Source of the DNA: Felis catus
Lineage: Eukaryota
NCBI RefSeq assembly: GCF_018350175.1
Contig: NC_058368.1
Location: 153,018,001-153,082,000 of the forward strand
DNA length: 64,000 nt
Reading direction: 5' to 3'
Position 1 is the stretch's first letter; every line of letters starts with the position of its first letter. The translations under genes were made by a program, and so were the position numbers. Positions 36,341-49,538 of this stretch are shown piece after piece. The notes under the pieces are model-generated. The model made no database searches. It saw only the letters and a program-made list of their open reading frames with translations, and had not been told where the DNA came from.

Positions 36341-36555
36341 GGGGCACCTGGGTGGCTCAGTTGGTTAAGCATATGACTTCGGCTCAGGTCACGATCTCAC
36401 GGTTTGTGGGTTTGAGCCTCACGTCAGGCTATGTGCTGACAGCTCAGAGCCTGGAGCCTGCTTTGGATTCTGTGTCTCCCTCTCTGTCTCCCCCTCCCCT
36501 GCTCACGTTTTGTCTCTCTGTCTCTCAAAAATGAATAAACGTTAAAAAAAAAAAA
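36341..36555 (+). mobile_element. CanSINE
   Basis: Degenerate TSD aga.t.tagttgttg. Confidence 0.93.
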
Positions 36556-36769
36556 GATTCTAGTTGTTGCTAAAATATCACATAGGATATAATTGTTAAC
36601 CCAAAAAGTGGCTTCTTGTAAAGGAAAAAGATGCCCCAAGATACTCATATAAAAAGAAATTTACGGTATTTTAAATTATATTTTAAAATAATATCAAAAA
36701 AGTTTCAAGGCAACAATTCCAGTTTGTCAGTACTATTTATGTTGTGAAAAATCTGCTGATGGTGCATTC

Positions 36770-37200
36770 TCCAACTTTATCATCAAGTAGGTGCTCAAGC
36801 TATTAATTTTGGAGTCATCTTTGGCATTTCCCTCTCATCTACTTTCCACATGCTGTTAGTCACAGGGCTATTGATCCTTTTGATAACACTTAAAACCTGT
36901 TGCCTCCTGTCCTTTTCTATTTCACAGGCCTAATTCACGTCCTTGTGATCTTGAACCAAGTCTATTGCAATAGCCTCCAAGTTATTATATTATTTACTCC
37001 CCATTTTAATCCTTTCACTGTACCGTCACCAAAGTCCATTCTAAAACAAGATCTGCTTAAACCCCTTCAGCACCTCTCTGAAAAAAAATCCAAACTTGTT
37101 TATACAGCAGGCAGTTCCCTTACTGCCCTTCATGCACTGGCCACAACCTGTATTCTAACAGCCCTTCATAGCAGCTCATGCACACTCAGCCCTGGATCGA
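36770..37200 (+). mobile_element. LINE-2 fragment
   Basis: ttggagtcatctttgg...ctattgcaatagcctcc...ctgcttaaacccctt...aatccaaact. Confidence 0.6.
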
Positions 37201-37868
37201 AGGTACTTGTAGACTAAGTACCAAGTTTCAACCCAAGATACTTACAGAGTACCCCAGAGTCATAAAGCCTCAGGATAGACATGGTTCATCTTCTGAAGTT
37301 TAATTTTATTTAAATGAAGAAAGGTAGTTTTGTTGAGAAGGGAAAGAGGACAGAACCCTATCCAAGTGAAAATATGTAAGAGAGGTAATGGAAAATCTCA
37401 ATGAATTTTTAAAGTGAAATAGATAAAAATTAAAGATATTTCTTAGAGCGGTAGGCCTTTTCAAGCCACAATGTTAAGAATCACCAGAATTACCCATTCA
37501 TTATTCATCATTAATAGTTCTCAGTGGAGAAGTCTAAGAAACACTGTTGTAGACATTCAATTAGCCCTTTCTCGAACATACCAAGGCATTTCATACTTTG
37601 CTTTTTTTGGAAGACCATTTTCCTTCTTCACTACTAAATGAATTTTTACTCAACTTTTAAGGTCTAGTCAAAGGCTGTTTATTTTATGAGACCTTCTCAG
37701 AACACCTCAAAGAAAATTAATTGCATCTTTCTTTTCCTGTAACACCTTTAACCCCTCTTATCGATGATAAGATGTCTTATAGTTAAGTATTTACCTGTCT
37801 CCCAATTAGGTCATAATTTATATGAAGGCAAAGTCTTATTCTTCCTTGTAATCCTGGAATCTACCCTG

Positions 37869-38245
37869 CAGTCTTATGCTGGTAAATGTTTAACAACTGG
37901 CTCCTGGGGGCAGGGGACATCTGATTTGTAGCCTTAGCTAGTTTTCATGGCTGGTTTCAAGCTACCCATGCGACACCACCAAACACGGAGAGGGAAAGAG
38001 ATGCATGGTAGCACCCCATATATGACATGTCCACCACATTTCCACAGTGGATCGATGGGTGATAATAAGACCTAGTAAAATAATAAGAAAGTGGTGAGTT
38101 TTGAGTTTTAACTTTGCTTTTAATATAATTAAGTGTAAGCCTAATTTTTAATACTGGCTGTGTTTAACAGCTGGTTCACAAAATTCTTAAAAATTGAATG
38201 ATCAGCTCTCGTGAGCTTGCACAAGGCAGCCTCTGCACAGCATAG
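37869..38245. mobile_element. MER63-like hAT DNA transposon relic
   Basis: tgctggtaaatgtttaacaactggctc...ctgatttgtagc...tttcaagctacc, recognised as MER63. Confidence 0.7.
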
Positions 38246-39821
38246 CCTATGCTCCTTAGAAGTAAATGTTAACAGACTCCAACAATCATTTTCAGAGGAT
38301 TCTAGGGCGGAAAATATGTTGGTAGTAGTGTAGGAACACTAATACTTCCCTTAGGTTGATACTGATGTTATCTTCAAATAATCTATTGCGTCTGTGTGTG
38401 ACTTGCTATGTCTTCAATTCATTTAAATGTTCAAAATGTGTTGCCCATTGGGGCAAATCACAGGGTAACACAAAGACTATTGACCATGTTTCCTAAGTTT
38501 CCTCCAAGCATGACTTTTTCTGGCATAGAGATGTGAGGTGAAAGGAAGCAGCTATGACCTTCCACTCTCAGAACCTCTGCAAAATGTTCTTTAATCAAGG
38601 AAAGGATGACGAGAATAAATGTAGTATCCAGAACTGTCCATGCTTCCTCTGATAACATTTTTGCTAACCCATCTTTGCACTCAGGCCCTCAGATTGCACT
38701 TACTGGTCCCACTGGAGAGAACTGAAACAAGACAGGGTGAATCACATAGTTCTGGCATGTCCCAAGAATGACCTACTGCCGACTTCCCTTGACGTGAAAT
38801 AAGATATTCTTGGTAGATTTCAGAATACATTTTATTTTTTATTCCAAATGTTCACACCGCTTGTGTGTGCTTAGTCATACAATAAATATCTGTCTGTGAT
38901 AGATAATTAGAGCCAAAAATTGGGAAGTAACTAGAAATTTTCTTTTGTTAAAGCTGTAGCTTTTGAATATGATTTTAATAAAAGAATCCACGTTAAGTTT
39001 TCTTTTTCCATTTTATAATGGCAAAAGAGAGGCAAGTCAGTTCTGTCATGAAATAAAGTTATATAATGTGTGTATTAAGTTGTACTATAGTGCCTATGTC
39101 ACTAAATTGGGTGGATTTCAAAACATTCTATCACAGCCCTCTAGGGATTTGGACTCAAGGAGAAAGAATAAAAGCATCAGAAAATTAAGCACATACATTT
39201 AAATATGTTTCAGTAAATTAAGGGTAGTTATATGAATTATGAGTATATATTCCATGTGTTTCTGAAACACTGCAAGTTGTTTCGGTTTCTGAATTCCATT
39301 AAGGCATCACAGAAACAAACGGATGTTGACTAGATCAGGGTCACCCTAGTAATATACTGTCATCATCTCAGCCTCTCCTTTTTTAAAATGTGTCTGTAGT
39401 GGGTCACAAACAAAATAGTCTTTAAATGTGAGTTACTAAAACCCAGCTGGGTTAAGAAATAGGTGTTAGTAGAGGACTAAAATGAACAGGACACCTGGGC
39501 TTCCAAAGTACTGAAAGATGGTCTCACTCAGCATTTCTGAGAAGTCGTGGTTTCATACACAGTTCCTAGGGCAGATCAAAAGAGCCACCTCATACATCTG
39601 TCCATCTTCTAAAAGAAGGGGAAATGCGTGAATGAGCTCAAAGCCTGTGTTAAAGCCAGTCTTCTTCTCAGAGATGAGATGATCTTTGAGGCACCTTTCA
39701 TTGACTCTTGCTTGCCCTGGCCAGACGTAGTTCTTTCTGGACTGTAAGTCAAGTTTAGTTTTCCTCTGAGTGACAGAATATTTCAAAGTAGAAAAATCAT
39801 TGTTCACATTTGTCCAGATAG

Positions 39822-39922
39822 TTTTTTTTTTTCAGTAAGCTCTGTGCCCAATATGGGGCTCAAACTCACAACTCCCAGATCAAGAGTTGCATGCTCTACC
39901 AACTGAGCCAGCCAGGAACCCC
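39822..39922 (-). mobile_element. Short tRNA(Lys)-like carnivore SINE
   Basis: TSD tgt(c/t)cagatag. Confidence 0.85.
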
Positions 39923-41219
39923 TGTTCAGATAGATTTTTGATGGGCCAAAAACAAAATGAAAAAATTTAGTCAAAGATATTTTCAGATACTAAAGCCACT
40001 GGAAAATGAACACTTAAGTGATAGTGACTCCACAATATAAAGAGACTTTGTCTGATATCTGAAAGTGCCTAGCTAACTCACACTAATTCATTAGAAAGCT
40101 GAAAATCTTCCATCAATCAATCTGTGCTTGCATCCTAGAAATCACCTTTCATTCAACTGAAGTATATTAAACTTAGTATCTGAAAACTTTATGAAATGTT
40201 TGAAATATTTAATAAATATTAGACAAAGTAATGATTCCCACAGTACTAAGTTCTGTATTGAAATAGTTGACATGCTTCTCTCTCTTTCCCAGTAGGCTGT
40301 AAATTCCCTGAAAATGAAATCCAGACATTATTTGACTTTGGATTCTCAGCATAATGCACAATTACTCAGTGTTTGATAAATGAATGATTTCTTAGAAACA
40401 GATAGCAACATATTTTATTAAAATCCTTTTATATTACTTATGTTATATACGTAAAGGAAATTTGTAACAATATACATCAAACCACTAGCAGTGGTTTATC
40501 TCTGGGGAATGGGGTGGGGCGTGGGTATCAGAAGCCCTTTACTTTCTGCTTTGGAGTCTTCTGATTGTGTTTATCACAAACTTCACTACTTTCATAATAA
40601 AAAATGTTTAAAGCCAAAAAAATGTGGCACCTTAGAAGCTTTATAAATGGGAGAACTTGACAAATATCTAACTCCTTGTTACCTTTATGTTGAAGTCTTC
40701 ACTGAATTTTATTTCCATTTATTTTGTTTTCGAAGGAGGAACAACTTAATTTGAACACTTTGGTAACCAACATGTCATTTCTGGTTCTTTCCTGGTATCT
40801 TGGATTAAACTTCCCTTCACAATTCTGCATCCACTTCCCCTTCTTCCATAGTTTCCTAGGTTCATCACAATCACGTGAATGAGTGGTAAAAAAACATGAC
40901 TGCCCAGATCCTAGGAGAGTTCACTCTATATTCTTCCTCATTCATGTAAAACACTGTTACGTAAAGAATATTTACTTTTGTGTATTGTGTGTGTATACAG
41001 CATTGCTCATCTTACTAGGAAATGATGAATGTTAAATTTCTCACTACACTCATTGTTCTGTTTGTCTATGACATGGCGTATGTTGTCCTTTTACAATCTT
41101 TTTCTACGGAGATTTGGTCGGGCAAGGAGTAAAAAAGTGGTGCTAACAGACAGGTTTCGCATTTTATTAGCATTGAGTCTCATTCCATTGATAGTAGTAG
41201 CACTGAACTGATCTATCCA

Positions 41220-41950
41220 TTTAAACTAAAACACTTTCCTCCCTGGGAAATGAGCCATCATCTCCTTCAATTGTGAGTTCCTCCAGGTATTTGAACTTAC
41301 CTGACTCCATTCCCCACCCTCCACTCTTCACATCTAGTAAAATCCCCTCTTGTTTCTGGTTCTTTCTTTACGGTATGTCTCTCATTTGACTTTTTCATTC
41401 CATGCCCACTACCAGCCCTTAAATCTATGACCTGAAATATTGAAATAAAAACAAGTCCAGTACTTAGCTGGCTTTCCAGTTTTTCTGTAATTGAGGCCAG
41501 GTTGGTCTGCCATCCCCTACCGGTATTCTTCTGGGGATCACTTTCCTACTTACTCCTAAATAAAGTGTGATTTCCCTTAGCCTAACTTTCAGTGTCCCTT
41601 GATACCTTTTCAGCTTGGTCTGTGACTGTTAGACATTTCATTTGTTCCAGTCTACTTGGGATGCTTGTTATTATTCCCCTTCCAACACCTTATTCTTTCC
41701 TTACTCTACCCATTTGTTTATACCGTTTGTTTTCATAAATCACATTCAGTCTTCCTTTCCTGCCTCTCTGTCTGTTAAAATCTTGTGTACACCTTGGGGT
41801 TTAATTCTATTACCTTCTAGAAGCCTTGCTTCCTTTTCATTATAGGCAGGCTCTCCCTCCTATGAATAGCTTTCTGTTTATTTGAATATTCATGACACTT
41901 ACAGAATTGCTCGCATCATTTGTGTAGCTGTCTCTCTCCCTGTTACTTTA
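41220..41950 (+). mobile_element. LINE-2 remnant
   Basis: Pyrimidine-rich L2-like sequence; approximate. Confidence 0.4.
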
Positions 41951-42254
41951 CTTGCCTACTATGTGTCAAGTAGTGCTCTGATGCTGAGGGAATAATAGAA
42001 AACAAGAAGCAGTTGTTCCCTGCCTTAGACAAGATAAGTGATCAAGTGTGTTCATAAATGTTTAACATTGAGATGGCTCAAACGTACATCTCTTTGTAAT
42101 TTCTAATCAGCCTTTAATTGACTGATTTGAAGCATACTTTGCCTTTACAACAGGAACAAAAAATCTTTTATCCATTCAACCGAAAGATTTATTGATCAGC
42201 TGTTTGGCTCTAGACACTGAGTGGTGGGAAGTTCCTCAGAAATTACCAGACCCT

Positions 42255-42360
42255 GGGCGTGCCTGGCTGGCTCAGTGGGTAGAGCATGTGACTCTTGATC
42301 TCAGGGTTGTAGGTCCGAGCCCTACAGTGGGTATAGAGGGTACTTAAAAAGAAAATCTTT
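42255..42360 (+). mobile_element. Short tRNA(Lys)-like carnivore SINE
   Basis: gcctggctggctcagtgggtagagcatgtgactcttgatctcagggttgt; TSD aattaccagac at 42241-42251 and 42633-42643. Confidence 0.88.
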
Positions 42361-42630
42361 ATGAAAGAAAAAAAGAAAGAAAGAAAGGAAAGGAAAGGAA
42401 AGGAAAGGAAAGGAAAGGAAAGGAAAGGAAAGGAAAGGAAAGGAAAGGATGAAGGAAGGAAGAAAAGAGAAAGGAAAGGAAAGGAAAGGAAAGGAAAGGA
42501 AAGGAAAGGAAAGGAAAGGAAAGGATGAAGGAAGGAAGAAAAGAGAAAGGACAGGAAAGGAAAGGAAAGGAAAGGAAAGGAAAGGAAAGGAAAGGAAAGG
42601 AAAGGAAAAAGGAAAGAAAAGAAAGAAAAA
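42361..42630. repeat. (GGAAA)n polypurine array grown from the SINE tail
   Basis: Read directly; lies inside the SINE TSDs. Confidence 0.95.
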
Positions 42631-43297
42631 TTAATTACCAGACTCTGGAGGGTGCTTGCTTTTACAGCCACCACCTCAGCTCTCAGCCCCTGCAAAGATT
42701 CACAGACGCATGTACACACAAGTGCAGAGACAAATTCCCCCATACATGGATCCAAACTTATGAGCCTGGGATGTTTCTTGGCCTCTTTTTCTATCTCAAT
42801 TTCTTTAAGCCTATTATTTATTAAAGAAGAGAAAACCTCAAAACTTTGGGAGGAGGGGAAAAGCTGACCCTTATTTTATGAAAACCATTCTCCATTCCAC
42901 AAGATCAGACATTAATCCCATAAGCATGCCAAGAGCCAGGTTGAGGAGCTTTAGGTATCCTGTGGCCAATGATGCGAATGTACTCTCGCTCACTTCAGCT
43001 TGAATGGACAGACCGAGTAAAGCTAAATGGAATGAAAGATAATGTGACCAAAGCAGAGAGAGCCGTTGTTCATTTATTCATTCGTTTATTCATTCATTCA
43101 ATAAGTATTTATTAAGTACCTTTTATATGCCAAAATGGATTAGGAGTCATTGGATGTATGGTAATAAAAACAGTCTGAGACATTATTCCCAGTGATAGTA
43201 AAAAGAGAGAAGGTACAGGGTTGCAAAGGGAAGGATAAAGGGGGAAAAACAGAGAAGAGGACTTTGACATTAATCAAAACTGTCATATATTATATCT

Positions 43298-43913
43298 TTT
43301 TAAAATTATTTATTTTTTTGAGAGAGAGACAGGGCACATGTGAGTGAGGGGCAGGGAGAGAGAGAGACAGTCCCTGGAGGGGCAGGGAGAGAGAGACAAT
43401 CCCAGGAGGGACAGAGAGGGAGAGAAGCAGGGCTCATCCGAGGCAAGGCTCGTGCTTACCCAAAGCAGGGCTTGAGCTCATGAGCTGTGAGATCATGACC
43501 TGAACCAAAGTCAGATGCTTAACAAGTAAGCCACCCGGGTGCCCTTTTTTTTTTTTTTTTTTTTTTAATTTTTTTCAACGTTTTTTATTTATTTTTGGGA
43601 CAGAGAGAGACAGAGCATGAACGGGGGAGAGGCAGAGAGAGAGGGAGACACAGAATCGGAAACAGGCTCCAGGCTCCGAGCCATCAGCCCAGAGCCTGAC
43701 GCGGGGCTCGAACTCACGGACCGCGAGATCGTGACCTGGCTGAAGTCAGACGCTTAACCGACTGCGCCACCCAGGCGCCCCATCCCTTTTTTTTTTTTTT
43801 TTTAAGAGACTTTATTTATTTATTTTTTTTAAGTAAACTCTACAGGGGACTCAAACTCACAACCCTGATATCAAGAGTCACATGCTCTACCAATTAAGCC
43901 AGCCAGGTGCCCC
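43298..43913 (-). mobile_element. Stack of three SINEs: 43298-43544, 43545-43780 (young SINEC_Fc-like) and 43787-43913 (short tRNA-like)
   Basis: Three successive heads; outer TSD actgtcatata at 43279-43289 and 43918-43928. Confidence 0.92.
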
Positions 43914-44694
43914 TAAGACTGTCATATAATTGTAAACCCTAGGTATGTCTGGGATATAATGTGAGGAGTTCCAATGGGAAAACCATTTATGAAACTGTTG
44001 TTCCATTACATTCAGTGCTACCCAGCAGCTCAGGAGAATTAATTTCAAGCATGATTTATTATAAGTGTGGCTTTCAGAAAGGGTATATGTGACTCATGAG
44101 GAGCCTTTTTCTATATGTTGTTGCTAACCTTCCAATTTTGACATATATATGTGTTTTTCATAAGAGACCTTGTTCTGTCATGCAGCATTGACCAGCTACC
44201 AAACTATGTGAACTAAATTTAGACCACAACTGGCAGAATGTGTTCTCATGTAAAGAAAGTAGAATACATTAGGTGATTCCTGTAGTCCTGTGGTAAAAAT
44301 GTATAATAATAAATATAATATGCAGAAGTATAATAATAAAATTTGTGAACTCTTTAAGATGTATCAGCCGATCCATGGGGGTCTGTGATGTCTTTTGGTT
44401 GGTCACCTGTGGGAAAGCTGAAGCTGTTCACACTGGGCTGCCACTTCAGCAGTGAGTCTGGAACACTTTATCCTCCTGTGGCAGGGATAGAGGGGGTGAC
44501 TGCAGAGCAAATAACCAGTCAGAGCAATGTCGCATACTCTTTTTAACTCAGTGGCTCTTGATAAATAAGAGTTTATGATAAAAGCATCAAGTTGTGGAGA
44601 TGGCAGCAGCGATGTGAATTGCTGGTAATTAGATTGACAAAGTACAAATGGGTGTGTGCCCTTGGATGTGAATGTACCCCCAGGATAATGTTTC

Positions 44695-44860
44695 TCAGTG
44701 TGCGTTTCTCAGACTGTCTGCTTCACCTGAAAATTCTGATTGCTTGGCTCTGCCTACAGAGATTCTGACTCCTCAGGTCTGGGGTGGGCCATGAAGGTCA
44801 GTGCTCTGAACCAGCCCTCAGAGGAGTCTAATGCAAATTGAAGTTTGAAATGTATGCACT
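44695..44860. mobile_element. MER5-like hAT (Charlie) relic
   Basis: cagagattctgact...aggtctggggtgggcc...aagtttgaaa. Confidence 0.6.
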
Positions 44861-45789
44861 TAAAAGGAAAAAAATCTCTTCCTATCAGTCAATATAACTA
44901 AATTGTTAATAGGAGTAAAACTATAATGATTACATGTTCAGAAGTACGAAATATATGTCATATGCTGAGCCACAGTGTAAAACAAATTTATTTTATTGAA
45001 GTATTTGTAATCAGCCCTACCAAATATATGCTGGGTTTTCCATATTTATTAGAAGAAGTAAGCCACATACAGAGACTTAGTAAAGAACCCGGCCTGCAAG
45101 GAAAAGAAAAACCTTTTCTGCAGGACTCTCTCCTTTCCCTCCTGACCTTGACTGCTTTAAGAGACTGATGTCCTGTAGGAAGTCCCAGGTGGGCTTCCTG
45201 GAATGCAATTTCATACTCTGCCAGCTCTTCCTGTCCTTAAATACTTGCTAATTGAAGCTCCAGACAGCTGGAGTAGCCAGCAGAGCTTCACAAACAGGTC
45301 CCTCTGCTGTCCCAGGACCTGGACAGAGATGCCACAGGAGGTGCCATCAGTAAACTGGATATGGGAGGTTTACATAGCAGCGTAGTAGAATGAAGTTTTT
45401 GGCAGAGTCTCAAGAGAGGTGTTGAAAGAACAAGTGGAGATTTATGTTACTCAGTCTCTTGACCTCAGATAGTGTTTGCGTTGGGTTCGTAGGTGTGAAT
45501 TGCCCTTCTAAAAAGTAGCAGACGCTCTTAAACTTGCCTTAAATCAGCTAAGAGAAAAAATGCACCGTAGCGTCATACAGAAAACTTGAGAAATGAATTT
45601 TAAATCCTTTTATGAAATTGTCACGTTGAGATTCCTCTCCAAGACAGTGTCCTGAAGCACACTGAAAGCAATTCAGTAAAAATCCCCACACTTTATGAGG
45701 CAAAATACGATTACTCAGAATTCATGCTGATACAGATGACAAACCCAGTGCAAACTGGCATGGTGTAAGCCTTAAAGATTATGTAATGT

Positions 45790-46170
45790 AATTGTCTGTG
45801 AATGAGTGGCTTCAGGCGTTGTGAATCCAAGGGTTCAGATGTCACTGCATGCTGACTTTCACCATGGAGGGGTGGAGTCCTTGTCACAGCGATTGTCTTT
45901 CAGTCATCGCACCACTGCAGGGTGCTTCCTTCAGGGTGACAGAGTGATGGCTCCTGGCTTCAGGCTCTCATCCTTTCAGCCTATCGACCCAGATGGAAGC
46001 GATTTTCTCCTTTCAAGAGTTCCCCCAAAAAGTCCTAAATGAGAGTTTCATTGGCCTCATGGAGTCAAGAGAACAGCTTATCTCTGTGAATAGAGGAGCA
46101 GATAACATTGATTTCCCAGGTAAGGGTCCATCCTTAGAGCAGTGAAGAGTGAGGTCAGCTATGATAATAA
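45790..46170. mobile_element. Possible old MLT1 LTR fragment
   Basis: tggcttcaggc...atccaagggttcagatgtca...tcattggcct. Confidence 0.45.
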
Positions 46171-46257
46171 GAAAGTAGTATGTAAAAATCTATATGAATG
46201 CAGTCCTAGGGTTACCAAACGTAGGGGAATTAGTTGAGATCTTTCTGACATCCACCC

Positions 46258-46467
46258 TTTTTTTTTTTTTTTAGTTTATTTATTTGAGAGAAACAGAGCA
46301 TGAGCGGAGAGTGGCAGAGAGAGAGGGACAGAGAGAATCTCAAGCAGGATCCTCACAGTCAGTGCACAGTGCCCACCACAGTACTCAAACTCAAGAAACT
46401 GTGAGCTCACGGCCTGAGCCAAAATCAAGAGTAGGATGCTTAACTGGCTGATCCACCCAGGTGCCCC
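46258..46467 (-). mobile_element. CanSINE
   Basis: TSD tgacatcca(c/t)c. Confidence 0.9.
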
Positions 46468-46886
46468 TGACATCCATCCTTAGGATTGCTGTCTACTTTG
46501 ATCTGGCATAGATGACCCTTCTTAGCTAGAACACTTTTAATCATCTCTTCTGGCCTTAAACTATTTGATAAATATGTCACACTTTAGTGCAAAATGAAAC
46601 CAACTTGAAGATTGCTCTTTTGCACCCTTGGCTAATGGTAACAGATGTGGTGGCTTGCGTGTTGCTGTGCCATTAATTTACTTAGGTTCTTTCTCTGAAT
46701 GGAAATTAGAAATGACGCCATTAGGTCTCCATTTTTTGCATTGGAATCTGATGATTATGAACTGCTTTATTCTTTTAATTATACAATTCCTGGGATTCTC
46801 AGTGATAGATGTCACTGAAATAAAATAATTATTGGTAAAAATTATTGGTAAAAATTCCACATTGCCTTTAAAAAGGTAAATATTTT

Positions 46887-47110
46887 GGGATGCCTGGGTG
46901 GCTTAATTGGTTGGGCATCCGACTTCAGCTCAGGTCATGATCTCACAGTTTGTGGGTTCAAGCCTCACATGGGGATCTGTGCTGACAGCTCGGAGCCTGG
47001 AGCCTGCTTCTCATTCTATGCCTCCCTCTCTCTCTCCGCCTCTCCCCTGCTTGTGCTCTCTCTCTCTCTCTCTCAAAAATAAATAAATAAACAAAAAGAA
47101 AAAATGATAA
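46887..47110 (+). mobile_element. CanSINE
   Basis: TSD ggtaaatattt. Confidence 0.9.
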
Positions 47111-47744
47111 AAGGGTAAATATTTGTAGTTCTTTACATTTTAACTCTTCAGATTTGCATAACTAAATACATATGGAAAGAAACCTAAGTCTTCTCTGTCA
47201 GAGAATTTTCTCATTCATTTGGCTAGGCATTTCCTACTCTCTGTACCTCTCCCATTCCCTGGTTTCTGATACTTTCTCCTTGTATAATTACCATTTAAGC
47301 AGGTGGAACTTTAAAATTCTTTTCAAATAATTGGACCTATCTAAGCCTTGGTGATCGATATAGGTCATATTTAAGAAAAGTTGACAGAAGATATGATAAT
47401 GTTTCTAACTATATTGCTTATAGTTATGGAAGGATGGCTGATTTCTTCCCCCTAGATTGCATATGATGCTACTATCTGTTTAATGTTAGCTGGTTTATGT
47501 TATTTCTGGGCAGGTTCCAGTAATCGTTCTTGTCAGGCTGCCATGGGTGTGTGCTTTTGTAAGCTGGCCTTGATCCCAAAGAGTGGGACCCGGAATCCAA
47601 CATGTGTCCAGTTCCATTCTCAGCCCTCTAAACTATGCAGCTTTCTTAGTACTGGCATATTTACTGGCCTTCATTATCTAATCAGCTGGTCACAGAGAAA
47701 AGAGCTTGTTAAATAGCTTCCATTTATATGTGACTTTCCACTTT

Positions 47745-47925
47745 GGTAACTACTTTCATGTAAATTATCCTACTTGATTCTCAAATAGATGAGGTATCAT
47801 TATCCTAAGTTTCCAGGTAAAGACTGGAACTTAAAGACCTTTAGTGATTTGTGCCAAGGTACGTGAGTAAAAAATGACAGAATCAGGGCTTTGACTCTGG
47901 ACTGAGTGTGTGTTCTTTCCATCTT
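47745..47925 (-). mobile_element. MIR
   Basis: aggtatcattatcc...agtgatttgtgccaaggt...cagaatcagggctttgactct. Confidence 0.55.
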
Positions 47926-49340
47926 GCCACTGCCTGGAACCCATTCTGGCATTTGCAGACTGTGAGACAGAGCAAGGCATGTGTGAAAGACCAGCGGCCA
48001 TTGCGTATGTCACTCAGGAAGTCTGCAAGGCTGAGAAATGGGTGGGCATTTTAGTTGGAAGGCAGAGGGGCTTGATAGCAATTGAGACACTGAGAAGACA
48101 CTGGGGAGGAAGAATGAACCAGTAGGAGACATTGTAAAGGACACTTAAACCTACTGAATGGTCATTGCCTTGACATCTAAATCTCTGAGATATTATTTAA
48201 GAGCTACTCATTTTGGGGACAAGTTAGTTCTTGTACTACCTGTATCATAATTCAAATAAGAGAAATCTTTTCATTAAAGGTCACTTAATTTGGAATACAC
48301 AGTATTTCCTCAAGCGTATTTATTCTCAGTTTACTAGTTTATAAATGAGAATTTGCTTTATCATTTAAGTCCTTTGTATATATTTTCAAAATTGTAATAT
48401 AAATTTAAAACAAATACTACAGAAAGAGACAGAAATTAGTGGTTTAAGTCCATTAATTATTGTTGGGACTTTGAATTGCAAAAGAAAATATTTTATCTAA
48501 CATAATTTTTGTCTTATTTCAAGAATGTCAATTACAACTGTCACAACTGATTTTTTTGAAGGGCTCTGATGCAAAATGGCATAAACCTGTCAGTTTCATT
48601 CATCATTATGTAAGATATGACTTGAATCCTAGCTGAAGCCTACTGTCTTCCTCTTGATGGTATTATTTTTCTCTCAATCTTCTCACGATGTTGTATTTAC
48701 AAAGTTAAGTCCATAAAATCCAATTTGAGTGGCTGGAAGCAGATCAAATGGTTTAATGAACTCAGCTTTATTTCTATTAGATGGGGAAATCAAAGCCAAG
48801 ACTAATAATTTCTGTGCCCATGAAAGAATCAGGGACCTAATTAAGCCCACAAGAGAACCAGGTGAGAGACTGCTTATCTTCCACATTTCCTGTATGAAAT
48901 AGTCCTACCTCATCTCACTAGCTTTCATGTGAGTCTTTACCAAGGAAGTGCAAAACAGAGGTAAGCGTAAATCACACTGGCTCTCCTGAAAGAATGGCAG
49001 CAAGTAGATGAAGTGTGGTTGCACTCCCAGATCATTACATCTGTGTGGCACAAATTCATAGTCACCCTTGTCCTGGCTTTTTGGAAGAGACCAGCCAGTT
49101 CCAAATTGTCTTGTAAAAGAAGGGTAGTGTTTGGTAGTAGGCGTGCTCTCATCTGCACCTGGAGGAGCTGGGACACTGGGAATCCAGGTCTAGATGCTTT
49201 ATGTGAGCAATGATGTATATCCAGGGAAAAGCCAGTGAAGGTTATTTTTCAAATGACTGCCTACTCATGAGAGTGGTTCAGCACCACGATTAGGGTGCTC
49301 TGCAGTCAGAAAAAATGGCAACTGAAGGTATGAATATAGT

Positions 49341-49538
49341 CAAGGATTCTAATCATGCAAGCAGTTGATAGCTGAATTGTAATTCAAAACATTTTGAAAT
49401 TGACCCCCCAAAAATGGAATGGTTCATACAGTAATCACAAGGATTCTAAAATCATGCAAGCAGTTGATACTGCCTACAACTCAAAATATTTTCAAATTGA
49501 CCCCCCCTAAAAATCGAATGGTTCATATGGTAATCACA
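49341..49538. repeat. Diverged tandem duplication, 2 x ~98 bp
   Basis: Both units begin caaggattctaa..tcatgcaagcagttgata and end gaatggttcata..gtaatca. Confidence 0.92.

Noticed and set aside
38836..38870. tttattccaaatgttcacaccgct translates as FIPNVHTA, resembling the expected next ADGRV1 exon (CFIPNVYAA)
   Set aside because: No acceptor AG at the right position, no preceding Cys codon, and the similarity ends after 5 residues; chance match.
39553..39807. 84-aa minus-strand ORF in apparently unique sequence
   Set aside because: Non-ATG start, no recognisable homology or splice/poly(A) context; length expected by chance.
42255..42335. tRNA-Lys-like sequence (also 15460-15545, 39840-39922, 43840-43913)
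   Set aside because: Degenerate stems, SINE-type 3' extension, A-tail and TSDs show these are SINEs, not functional tRNA genes.
42243..42824. 170-aa FPFLS-repeat and KGKER-repeat ORFs
   Set aside because: Translations of the (GGAAA)n microsatellite.
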